35,488 bases of DNA from a virus. Its lineage: Duplodnaviria; Caudoviricetes. The position numbers and the translations under genes were made by a program. The notes beneath the pieces are model-generated. The model had not been told where the DNA came from. It did not search any database and worked only from the letters and a program-made list of their open reading frames with translations. Positions 8,908 through 16,959 of this stretch are shown piece by piece. The stretch is taken from positions 1 to 35,488 of IMG/VR virus record IMGVR_UViG_3300044268_002382, one strand, 5' to 3'. Positions within the stretch are counted from its first letter, which is position 1. Each line of letters starts with the position of its first letter.

Positions 8908-10236
8908 ATGGACGTACAAATCTACTCGAAACCAGATTGCGGTTATTGTTTAAATGCCAAAAATTGGTTTAAAGAACATGGTATTGATTATGTTGAACAC
9001 TCATTAATTAATGAGGATGATCAAATGGAGTTTATTCAAAGAGTAAACAATGTTGAAGAAAAGTTAGGGAACAAAATGGATAAGTTAACATCTGTTCCAC
9101 AAATATTTATTAATGGTGAAAGAATAGGTGGATATGCACAACTACTAGAAAGTTCTGAAAAGATTCTTAAAAAAAGAGGTGGAGGTCTTTACAAATTTAG
9201 TGAGACATACAAACCATTTTATTACCCTTGGGCTGTAGAGTTTGTGACAAAACATGAAAAGGTTCATTGGATTGAAGACGAAGTAGATTTATCTGAAGAC
9301 GTAACAGATTGGAAAGGTGGAAAGATGACAGATATTGAAAAAGAATATGTCACACATGTTCTAAGACTTTTCACACAATCAGACGTTGCAGTTGGTCAAA
9401 ATTATTATGATCAGTTTCTTCCTAAATTTAAAAACAATGAAATAAGAAATATGTTAGGATCGTTTGCGTCTAGAGAGGGAATACATCAAAGAGCATATGC
9501 GTTACTAAATGAAACACTTGGATTACCTGATGAAGAGTTTCATGCATTTTTAGAATATCAAGAGATGGCAGATAAAGTTGATTTCATGATGAACTCAAAT
9601 GTAAGTACAAAGAAAGGCATGGCTCTAGCACTTGCTAAATCAGTATTTAACGAGGGTATTTCACTGTTTGCATCATTTGTAATGTTGTTAAACTTTCAGA
9701 GATTCGGAAAGATGAAAGGTTCTGGTAAGATTGTAGAATGGTCAGTAAGAGATGAATCAATGCACGTTGAAGGTATCGCTCACTTATTCAGAGCATTCTG
9801 TGCTGAGAATGCAACAATTGTTGATAATCAACTTAAAAAAGAAATTTATGAGATGTCAAAAAAGGTTGTTGAACTTGAAGATAAATTTATTGATCTTGCA
9901 TACGGCATGGGTGAACCTGAGGGATTATCTAAAGAAGATGTAAAACAATATATTAGATATATAGCAGACAGACGACTATTACAACTTGGTTTAAAAACAA
10001 ACTTCAAAGTAAAAGAAAATCCAATCCCATGGTTAGAGTGGATTTTAAATGCAGCTGATCACACAAACTTTTTTGAAAACAGAGTAACAGAATATGAAGT
10101 TGCAGGTTTGACAGGTGATTGGCAAGTTGCATACGATGACCCAGAGTCACATGTAAATTGTGATCACGATGAAGGAACATGTGTAGTAGAGGAACCTAAA
10201 AAAGAACAAGTGAGTAATCAAGGGAATTTATTCTAA
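8908..10236 (+). CDS. nrdB: Glutaredoxin fused to ribonucleotide reductase beta subunit
   Basis: N-terminal Grx (CGYC, SVPQIFINGERIGGY); di-iron ligands in FTQSD, EGIHQRAY, NEG and DESMH; NFFE. Confidence 0.94.
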   Translation: MDVQIYSKPDCGYCLNAKNWFKEHGIDYVEHSLINEDDQMEFIQRVNNVEEKLGNKMDKLTSVPQIFINGERIGGYAQLLESSEKILKKRGGGLYKFSETYKPFYYPWAVEFVTKHEKVHWIEDEVDLSEDVTDWKGGKMTDIEKEYVTHVLRLFTQSDVAVGQNYYDQFLPKFKNNEIRNMLGSFASREGIHQRAYALLNETLGLPDEEFHAFLEYQEMADKVDFMMNSNVSTKKGMALALAKSVFNEGISLFASFVMLLNFQRFGKMKGSGKIVEWSVRDESMHVEGIAHLFRAFCAENATIVDNQLKKEIYEMSKKVVELEDKFIDLAYGMGEPEGLSKEDVKQYIRYIADRRLLQLGLKTNFKVKENPIPWLEWILNAADHTNFFENRVTEYEVAGLTGDWQVAYDDPESHVNCDHDEGTCVVEEPKKEQVSNQGNLF

Positions 10237-10373
10237 TGAGTGATTGTTGTACAAGAAAACGTACTTGGAAAGACGTAATGTTTTTGCCTATGGCAATAAC
10301 TTTTACCCTTATAGGTTTTTCGTTATTGTTGGGAATTGAAATGGGCATTGCTTACGCACTAGGATTTATATAA
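10236..10373 (+). CDS. 45-aa membrane peptide (not in ORF track)
   Basis: TAATG coupling at both ends; MSDCCTRKRTWKDVMFLPMAITFTLIGFSLLLGIEMGIAYALGFI. Confidence 0.6.
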   Translation: MSDCCTRKRTWKDVMFLPMAITFTLIGFSLLLGIEMGIAYALGFI

Positions 10374-10528
10374 TGAGAAAAAAGATATTGTGTGAAGAAT
10401 GCGAAGCAACATATGAACTAAAGCACGATATGGACCCAGATTACTTTGTGATTGAGCACTGCCCATTTTGCGGTGCTCAACAAGAAACTGATGAATATGT
10501 TGCATATGAAGAGGAATATGATGAATGA
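10373..10528 (+). CDS. 51-aa zinc-ribbon protein (not in ORF track)
   Basis: CEEC...CPFCG with an acidic tail; ATGA overlap with the next gene. Confidence 0.75.
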   Translation: MRKKILCEECEATYELKHDMDPDYFVIEHCPFCGAQQETDEYVAYEEEYDE

Positions 10529-10884
10529 AAACACAGTCGGCCAAAGCAAAAGGTCGTAGATTACAACAATGGTTTCGTGATTTACTGATTGAAAAACTAA
10601 ACATACACACTGAAGATATAGAATCAAGAAGTATGGGAGCAGGTGGTGAGGACTTGATTATGTCAAGATCTGCGAGACATCATTTTCCATATAGCATTGA
10701 ATGTAAAAATGTCGAAAAGTTAAATGTATGGGAAGCATATAAACAAGCAAAAGAGAATTCTAAAGACTATGAACCTATTGTAGTCATGAAAAGAAATAAT
10801 CACAGACCTTTAGTTGTTGTTGATGCTGAACATTTTGTAAAAATATATGAAGATTGGACGCATGACGTTTTAAATGATGAGTGA
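10525..10884 (+). CDS. PD-(D/E)XK endonuclease, Holliday junction resolvase-like
   Basis: Hjc-like pattern KAKGRRLQ...GEDL...SIECKN. Confidence 0.75.
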   Translation: MKTQSAKAKGRRLQQWFRDLLIEKLNIHTEDIESRSMGAGGEDLIMSRSARHHFPYSIECKNVEKLNVWEAYKQAKENSKDYEPIVVMKRNNHRPLVVVDAEHFVKIYEDWTHDVLNDE

Positions 10885-11038
10885 AAAATTAGATAAAATA
10901 GAAAAGAGACTAGATAATCTAGAAAAAAAAATAGATCATCTAACAAAAACTCTTGACAAACATATAAAGTTTATAGATAATACTTACGAGGGATTACGTA
11001 ATCCTATTGATAGTGTGAAAAGGTGGTTAAGTAAGTGA
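10874..11038 (+). CDS. 54-aa coiled-coil protein (not in ORF track)
   Basis: MMSEKLDKIEKRLDNLEKKIDHL...; fills the gap, GTGA overlap with the next gene. Confidence 0.65.
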   Translation: MMSEKLDKIEKRLDNLEKKIDHLTKTLDKHIKFIDNTYEGLRNPIDSVKRWLSK

Positions 11039-11583
11039 CAATAGAACAATATAAGATATATCATAAAATAGAGGAAAAGTACGGCGACGGCCAGATGATC
11101 CTTTCTTATTATAATCAAATTAAAGGTTTGATTGATGATACAAAATCCGAATCACTATTAGACTTTGGTTGTGGAAAAGCAAAAATCTATAATAGAATAA
11201 ATCTTGCAGAAAAGTTTGGAATGATGCCAGACTTATATGACCCTGCGATTGAAGAATACTCTGAACTACCAAATAAACAATATGATGGTGTTTTTTGTTG
11301 TGATGTTATGGAACATATACCGGAAAATATAGTACCTGATGTTATTGAACAAATTTATGAAAGAGCGAATAAGTTTGTTTTCTTTGCAATCGCTACCGAC
11401 CCTGCGACGGCAGTTCTGCCCAATGGAGAAAATGCTCATTGTACCACTAAACCAATACAGTGGTGGGAAGAGATGATTAATAAAAATGCACCCAAAAAGG
11501 TTTATTCACATGTATTATTGACAGGAAAGTTTGAAAACTATTCTATATTAAATGAGGAGTTATATCTTGAATCATTATTCTAA
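11035..11583 (+). CDS. Class I SAM-dependent methyltransferase
   Basis: LLDFGCGK motif I; YDGVFCCDVMEHIP. Confidence 0.88.
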   Translation: MTIEQYKIYHKIEEKYGDGQMILSYYNQIKGLIDDTKSESLLDFGCGKAKIYNRINLAEKFGMMPDLYDPAIEEYSELPNKQYDGVFCCDVMEHIPENIVPDVIEQIYERANKFVFFAIATDPATAVLPNGENAHCTTKPIQWWEEMINKNAPKKVYSHVLLTGKFENYSILNEELYLESLF

Positions 11584-12157
11584 AGTGTTAATATTATCTG
11601 CCCACCCAGATGATTTAGAAATATCATGTGGTGGAACAGTTGCAAAGTTTGTAGATGAAGGAACTAAAGTAGATAACATTATTTTATGTTCAAACGTAAA
11701 TCATAAAAAATGTGTTGCACCATCATCAAAAATTCTAGGATATAATCCAATATATTTAAATCATAGAGATGAATCGCCGACAAGTAAAGTCATTTCAGAG
11801 ATAGAAAAGAAAGTTGACGTAGAATCATATGATTTACTAATTACACATTGGATTGAAGATTGGCATCAAGATCACAGATTTTGTCATGAATTAGGTAATT
11901 CATTAAGAAGAAAACAACAACTTGATGTATGGTATATGAATGCATATCCCTACTGTCAAAAATATAAAAGTTTTGAAGCAAACTTATTTGTGGATATTAC
12001 AAGATACAAATATAAGAAACTAGACGCAATATCACTGTATGATAATGTGCCAGACGAATACTTTATTGGCATAGATAGTATGTCTAGATATCGAGGATCA
12101 TTTGTACATGTAAAACACGCTGAGGTATTTAAAGTTGATACATTATTGTATAGTTAA
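11552..12157 (+). CDS. PIG-L/LmbE family deacetylase
   Basis: AHPDDLEISCGGT, HQDH and terminal AEVF motifs. Confidence 0.88.
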   Translation: MRSYILNHYSKVLILSAHPDDLEISCGGTVAKFVDEGTKVDNIILCSNVNHKKCVAPSSKILGYNPIYLNHRDESPTSKVISEIEKKVDVESYDLLITHWIEDWHQDHRFCHELGNSLRRKQQLDVWYMNAYPYCQKYKSFEANLFVDITRYKYKKLDAISLYDNVPDEYFIGIDSMSRYRGSFVHVKHAEVFKVDTLLYS

Positions 12158-12863
12158 ATATGGTGATGAATGTCACTATCAAAAGGTTGATGATTTACTT
12201 AAAAACATTGTAGAACCTATTCGTGATAATTGTCATGATATAAAATTTCATTTACTAACTGATAAACCTGTAGATATTCCTTATATTAATAATATTAATT
12301 ATGATGAGCAAGATGTTCAAGTTCACACACATTGGAAAAAGTTACAGTTTTTTGATCCAAAGTTTATTGGTGCAAGTAGGACTGATCAAACAATTGTGTC
12401 CGATTTGGATATGATATGGAATAAAAATCCTACTGAAATAGTGCAACATAATGTAAATAAAAAAACATTATTATCAGTAGATAGATGGTGGAAAAAAGAT
12501 GGTGATGTATGCAGAATGTGTGGAACTTTTTATAAGTTTAATTCACACGATTTTAAATATATACCAAAATTATATAATAAACATTTTAAATATTTTAGAG
12601 AATATTATGCACTACATGAAGAGGCAGACTCAACTAGGATAGTTGGGGGTGAACAAAATTTTGTTCAAGAAATGATTGAACTCACAGGCACGATTAAATT
12701 GATGCCACCAACTTATGTAATGAAATCCAATTGGCCAGAGCATAATAAAGATTATGGATTACAAGATATATTTGTAAAAAGATTTGAAAATTCAACGGGT
12801 CTTAATTATCATGATTGCTGGGATTCTGCGATACTACATATAATCAAAAAAGGAATAAATTAA
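12135..12863 (+). CDS. Glycosyltransferase-like protein (GT-A fold)
   Basis: N-terminal CIVKYG; LLTD, WKKLQFF, DLD (DxD) and GEQNF motifs. Confidence 0.7.
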   Translation: MIHYCIVKYGDECHYQKVDDLLKNIVEPIRDNCHDIKFHLLTDKPVDIPYINNINYDEQDVQVHTHWKKLQFFDPKFIGASRTDQTIVSDLDMIWNKNPTEIVQHNVNKKTLLSVDRWWKKDGDVCRMCGTFYKFNSHDFKYIPKLYNKHFKYFREYYALHEEADSTRIVGGEQNFVQEMIELTGTIKLMPPTYVMKSNWPEHNKDYGLQDIFVKRFENSTGLNYHDCWDSAILHIIKKGIN

Positions 12864-12870
12864 CAGTAAA

Positions 12871-13122
12871 ATGGAAATAGTAGAAATATTAAATAGATAT
12901 GGTTTTGCAACATTGGCTGCAATAGGTATGGGTTGGTTTATATATTTTATTTACACATATATTACAACACAAGTTAAAGTAAAACTGGCACAAATGAATA
13001 CAGTTTTAATAGCACTAATTGATAGAATAAGAATGTTAGACAATGACTTAATTAGATTGAGATCAAAATTAAATACAGTATTGACTCTTAGGGAGATCGA
13101 GAAACAAAAGAAGGATAAATAA
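12871..13122 (+). CDS. Small TM + coiled-coil protein of the curli-like cluster (paralogue A)
   Basis: GFATLAAIGMGWFIYFIY helix; aligns by eye with 13588-13869. Confidence 0.75.
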   Translation: MEIVEILNRYGFATLAAIGMGWFIYFIYTYITTQVKVKLAQMNTVLIALIDRIRMLDNDLIRLRSKLNTVLTLREIEKQKKDK

Positions 13123-13126
13123 TTGT

Positions 13127-13588
13127 ATGAAAATCTTACTTACACTTTTATTTTTATCTAGTTCAGTGTTCGCTGAACAAATGGTACATGAGTTTCATAA
13201 CCCTGCATTTAGTGGGAATGGATACTCTCAACATGTTTTATCTGTGGATCAACTGCAACAACAAAGAAAACAAAAGAAGATTGATGATGATAAATCAAAA
13301 GTTGCAGCCGAAGAGAGAAAAGAAAAAAATAAAACAGTCAATAAATTTATATCAAATGTAGAATCTAGAATATACGCAAACTTATCTAAACAATTAGTTG
13401 ATAATATGTTTGGTACAAGTTGTGATGCATCAACAACTACGTGTCCAACAAGTGGCACTGCGACTATCGAAGGTGCATCAATTTATTGGATTAAAGATAC
13501 AACAACAGATACTATCACCCTTACTGTAACAGCAGATGACGGATCAGTAACTACAATAGTTGTACCAGTAGGAGATTTTCAGTTTTAA
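13127..13588 (+). CDS. csgF: Curli assembly protein CsgF-like
   Basis: Signal peptide, then MVHEFHNPAFSGNG matching the CsgF FxNPxFxG N-terminus; adjacent to csgG. Confidence 0.8.
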   Translation: MKILLTLLFLSSSVFAEQMVHEFHNPAFSGNGYSQHVLSVDQLQQQRKQKKIDDDKSKVAAEERKEKNKTVNKFISNVESRIYANLSKQLVDNMFGTSCDASTTTCPTSGTATIEGASIYWIKDTTTDTITLTVTADDGSVTTIVVPVGDFQF

Positions 13589-13869
13589 TGGACTTATTTT
13601 TTAAAATATTAGTAGATTTTGGTTTACCTGTAGCGGCTGCAATAGTTATGGGATTTTTTATCTTTTTGATACTAAAATATATTCTTGAATCTGTGATTGG
13701 TCAAGTTTCTGGTATGCACGGAATAATAATGGCGTTAGATAATAGAGTGAAAAATATGAATAATGATATGATAAAGTTAGATATACAGATTTCTGATGCA
13801 TTGAATTTGAGACAAGATGAAGAGAGAATTAGTAGAGCTGATGGTAAAGAAGACGCAAGGAGAGATTAG
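13588..13869 (+). CDS. Small TM + coiled-coil protein of the curli-like cluster (paralogue B)
   Basis: GLPVAAAIVMGFFIFLILKYI helix; paralogue of 12871-13122. Confidence 0.75.
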   Translation: MDLFFKILVDFGLPVAAAIVMGFFIFLILKYILESVIGQVSGMHGIIMALDNRVKNMNNDMIKLDIQISDALNLRQDEERISRADGKEDARRD

Positions 13870-14822
13870 TGTTAAAAATAATTTTAATCACATTTCTAGG
13901 AGTGATACTATCAGGTTGTGCTGCTAAATATCAAGACTTTGAAACATATAAGGGTGATATGCCCTATGTTGAAGGCACATCTACTCAAGAACTATTAGAA
14001 AATATACCAGATTTAGATCAAGATAAAATTACAATCGCAGTATATAAGTTTACAGATCAAACAGGTCAAAGAAAACCAAGCTCTAAATTTTCACAATTAT
14101 CAACAGCAGTAACCCAAGGTTCAGATGCATTTGTAATTAATGCACTAAAATCAGTATCAAAAGGTGATTGGTTTACGGTTGTAGAGAGAAATAGTCTAGA
14201 CAATCTTGTAAAAGAAAGACAATTAATTAGATCAACAAGAGAGTTATACGACGGCGAATCTGAAATTGATAATGTTTTAAAACCACTTGTGTTTGCAGGT
14301 TTAATAATTGAAGGTGGTATAGTTGGATATGATAGTAATACTGCATCAGGTGGTGTGGGTGCTAGATATTTTGGTATTGGTATGAACGAACAATACAGAG
14401 TTGATCAAGTAACAATATCTATGAGATTAATTTCAGTACAAACAGGTGAGATTTTACTTACAACTAACGTAACAAAAACAATCGCTAGTTATAGTGGTGG
14501 TGGTGATGTCTTTACTTTTCTAGATATGGGAACCAAAGCATTAGAGATAGAAACAGGTGTTGCAGTAAACGAACCTGTAAATTATGCTATAAGAACTGCA
14601 ATAGAATATGCAGTTCTACAAATAATAAAAGATGGTGAGAGAAAAAAATATTGGAAGTATAAAGAACTACCAAATGATTACAAAAATAAACACAGAAAAG
14701 AAGAAATTAAACCAATACCTGTTGAGGATTTACCCACACCTAAGATATTACAAGAAGACATAATAGATGTGCCTGAAATATCTGAAATCAATGAGTTTGA
14801 GGGTCATCCTTTACATAAATAG
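13869..14822 (+). CDS. csgG: Curli secretion channel CsgG (outer-membrane lipoprotein)
   Basis: Lipobox LSG-C; AVYKFTDQTGQRK, STAVTQG, WFTVVER, ERQLIR, EGGIVGYDSN and NEPV. Confidence 0.93.
   Translation: MLKIILITFLGVILSGCAAKYQDFETYKGDMPYVEGTSTQELLENIPDLDQDKITIAVYKFTDQTGQRKPSSKFSQLSTAVTQGSDAFVINALKSVSKGDWFTVVERNSLDNLVKERQLIRSTRELYDGESEIDNVLKPLVFAGLIIEGGIVGYDSNTASGGVGARYFGIGMNEQYRVDQVTISMRLISVQTGEILLTTNVTKTIASYSGGGDVFTFLDMGTKALEIETGVAVNEPVNYAIRTAIEYAVLQIIKDGERKKYWKYKELPNDYKNKHRKEEIKPIPVEDLPTPKILQEDIIDVPEISEINEFEGHPLHK
14814..14821 (+). promoter_or_regulatory. Possible late promoter variant (CATAAATA) for the curlin-like gene
   Basis: ATAAATA core about 25 nt upstream of ATG 14846. Confidence 0.45.
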
Positions 14823-14845
14823 TCATATAAGAGAGGGGCGAAGCT

Positions 14846-15532
14846 ATGTTTAAAATAACAAGTTATATTATGTTTGTTATGTTAAGTTTTGTGCCTTTAT
14901 ATGCTAATGACATATATGTAACACAGTCTGGTGCGAGTTTAGACTTAGATATAACACAAGACGGATCGAATAACACTGTTGGTAATTCAACAACTGCATC
15001 TACATCTACAGGTGCAACTACAGTGCTTGATATTGATCAAGTAGGTAACTCAAACGTGATCACATATCAAATCAATGGTGCAACTTATACTGGTGCTATC
15101 AGTCTAACAGGTAATTCAAATGATGTAGATTTAAATTGTGATAGTACAGGTGGTAACTCATCTTGTGGAACTGTAACTGCAAACATTACTTGGACAGGTA
15201 ATTCTAATGACATAGATTTAGATATCGGTCAAACAAGTGATGCATCAAACTCAACTGTAAATATTACAGGTGCGTCTGGTTCTGATAGTAACGTGGTTGC
15301 GGCAACTGTGGACGGTACAAGTGCTATATTAACATTAACTGTAAACGGCGATACTAATAACTACTTAATAGATATTGACGGAAACGGTGATGTTAACGGA
15401 CACACATTGATACATTCTCACACAGGTAGTATTGCTGATGTTGATATCATACAGTCAGGTGTTAATGATAACTATATTTCTTTAACAACGTCAGGTGATA
15501 ATGCAGACATTGATATTTCACAAACTGACTAA
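14846..15532 (+). CDS. Secreted curlin-like repeat protein (CsgA/CsgB-like)
   Basis: Signal peptide; repeated (I/L)x(Q/T)xGxxN units such as ITQDGSNN, IDQVGNSN, LTGNSN and IIQSGVND. Confidence 0.72.
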   Translation: MFKITSYIMFVMLSFVPLYANDIYVTQSGASLDLDITQDGSNNTVGNSTTASTSTGATTVLDIDQVGNSNVITYQINGATYTGAISLTGNSNDVDLNCDSTGGNSSCGTVTANITWTGNSNDIDLDIGQTSDASNSTVNITGASGSDSNVVAATVDGTSAILTLTVNGDTNNYLIDIDGNGDVNGHTLIHSHTGSIADVDIIQSGVNDNYISLTTSGDNADIDISQTD

Positions 15533-16622
15533 TTTAATCTTAGGAATATTCCTTTTTTTCAGTACAACACTTTATGCATCATCAATAGGTGATGTTGTAT
15601 TGAAAGAAGGAAATTCTGTCATAGAAAGAGTTGATAACACTGAGGTTGAGGCAGTAAAAGATCTAAATGTTTTTTCATATGATACTGTAAAAACTGGTAA
15701 AGGTAAACTTGCCATAGAGTTTTTAGATGATACTAGAGTTGATGTCACATCTCATTCTAAACTTATTATAGATGAATTTGTATATGATCCTAATACAAAG
15801 ACGGGTAAACTATCTTTAAAAGCATCTTTAGGAACTGTAAGATATGCAAGTGGTCAAATTGCAAAAAATTCAGCACAAAATATTAGTATTAAGACACCTA
15901 CTGCAACTGTATCAGTTAGAGGAACAGACTTTGCAATGACAGTTGATGAGATAGGATCATCTACTATTATATTACTGCCAAGTTGTGATACAAATGGTAA
16001 TTGTTTTGTTGGTGAGATATCCGTAGAGAGTGATGCAGGTCAAGTAATATTAAATCAAGCATTTCAAGCCACACAAGTTGAAACACCAGAACAAAGACCA
16101 TTGTCACCTGTTTTATTAGATTTAGATGAGTCTTTAATTAATAATTTATTAATAGTTAGACGACCACCAAAATTAGATGATCAGATTCAATACGAGAAAA
16201 ACTTAAAAATAGTTGCAAATGCATTAGATATTGACTTTTTAAAGTTTGATGATTTAGAAGTTGACTTACTAGAGGTTCAAGAAGACGAGTTTGCTAATCG
16301 ATTGGATGTAGATTTTTTAGAAAATAATTTCTTAGCTGACATATTAGCAGAGTTAAACAAACAATTGGCCTTGCAAATGAGGAGTGAATTTGATAAGATA
16401 AAAGACAAAAGACAATTAGGTAGAGACGAATTTGGAGTTTTACTTTTAGAGGAAGACGGTAATTGGATATGGAGTCGTGAAGATGCCGCAGGTAATAACA
16501 TCGTCTTAACCTTGAGTCAAGAGAATGGATATATAATTAATGTACAACAACAAGATTTCGAGATTAGAGATTACACATTAGGAGAGGGTAGTAATGAAAT
16601 ATACATTATTCAAAATCAGTAA
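15495..16622 (+). CDS. FecR-domain periplasmic protein
   Basis: Signal/TM segment; DTVKTGKG..IEFLDDTRV, IIDEFVYDP and IKTPTATVSVRGTDF. Confidence 0.85.
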   Translation: MIMQTLIFHKLTNLILGIFLFFSTTLYASSIGDVVLKEGNSVIERVDNTEVEAVKDLNVFSYDTVKTGKGKLAIEFLDDTRVDVTSHSKLIIDEFVYDPNTKTGKLSLKASLGTVRYASGQIAKNSAQNISIKTPTATVSVRGTDFAMTVDEIGSSTIILLPSCDTNGNCFVGEISVESDAGQVILNQAFQATQVETPEQRPLSPVLLDLDESLINNLLIVRRPPKLDDQIQYEKNLKIVANALDIDFLKFDDLEVDLLEVQEDEFANRLDVDFLENNFLADILAELNKQLALQMRSEFDKIKDKRQLGRDEFGVLLLEEDGNWIWSREDAAGNNIVLTLSQENGYIINVQQQDFEIRDYTLGEGSNEIYIIQNQ

Positions 16623-16959
16623 AGAATTAGGTCTTTTAATATTTTTATTATCTTTTATTTTATTTTGTTCAGTATTAAATGCGAATAATTTTGATCTTAC
16701 TGTTTCAGGTAGCACTGGTTATACTATAACAACTACACAAGATGGTATTGATAATAATATTGATTTAGACATGTTAAACATGGACTCTGCAACAATCACT
16801 TTTAATCAGACAGGTAACTATCACTCTATTGATATTGATGTTGATGGTAGAACAAGTAACGGAAGTTCTATTACTATAAATCAAACAGGTAACAGTAAAA
16901 CTTATACTGGTGATTTATATTGTGGTCACACTTATTGTACAATGACACTTAATCAGTAA
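16594..16959 (+). CDS. Second, shorter secreted curlin-like protein
   Basis: Signal peptide; TTQDGIDN, FNQTGNYH and INQTGNSK repeats; ends in CGHTYCTMTLNQ. Confidence 0.62.
   Translation: MKYTLFKISKELGLLIFLLSFILFCSVLNANNFDLTVSGSTGYTITTTQDGIDNNIDLDMLNMDSATITFNQTGNYHSIDIDVDGRTSNGSSITINQTGNSKTYTGDLYCGHTYCTMTLNQ

Noticed and set aside
7135-10236. Introns, inteins or homing endonucleases in nrdA/nrdB
   Set aside because: Both frames are continuous and of expected length; no intein or endonuclease motifs seen.
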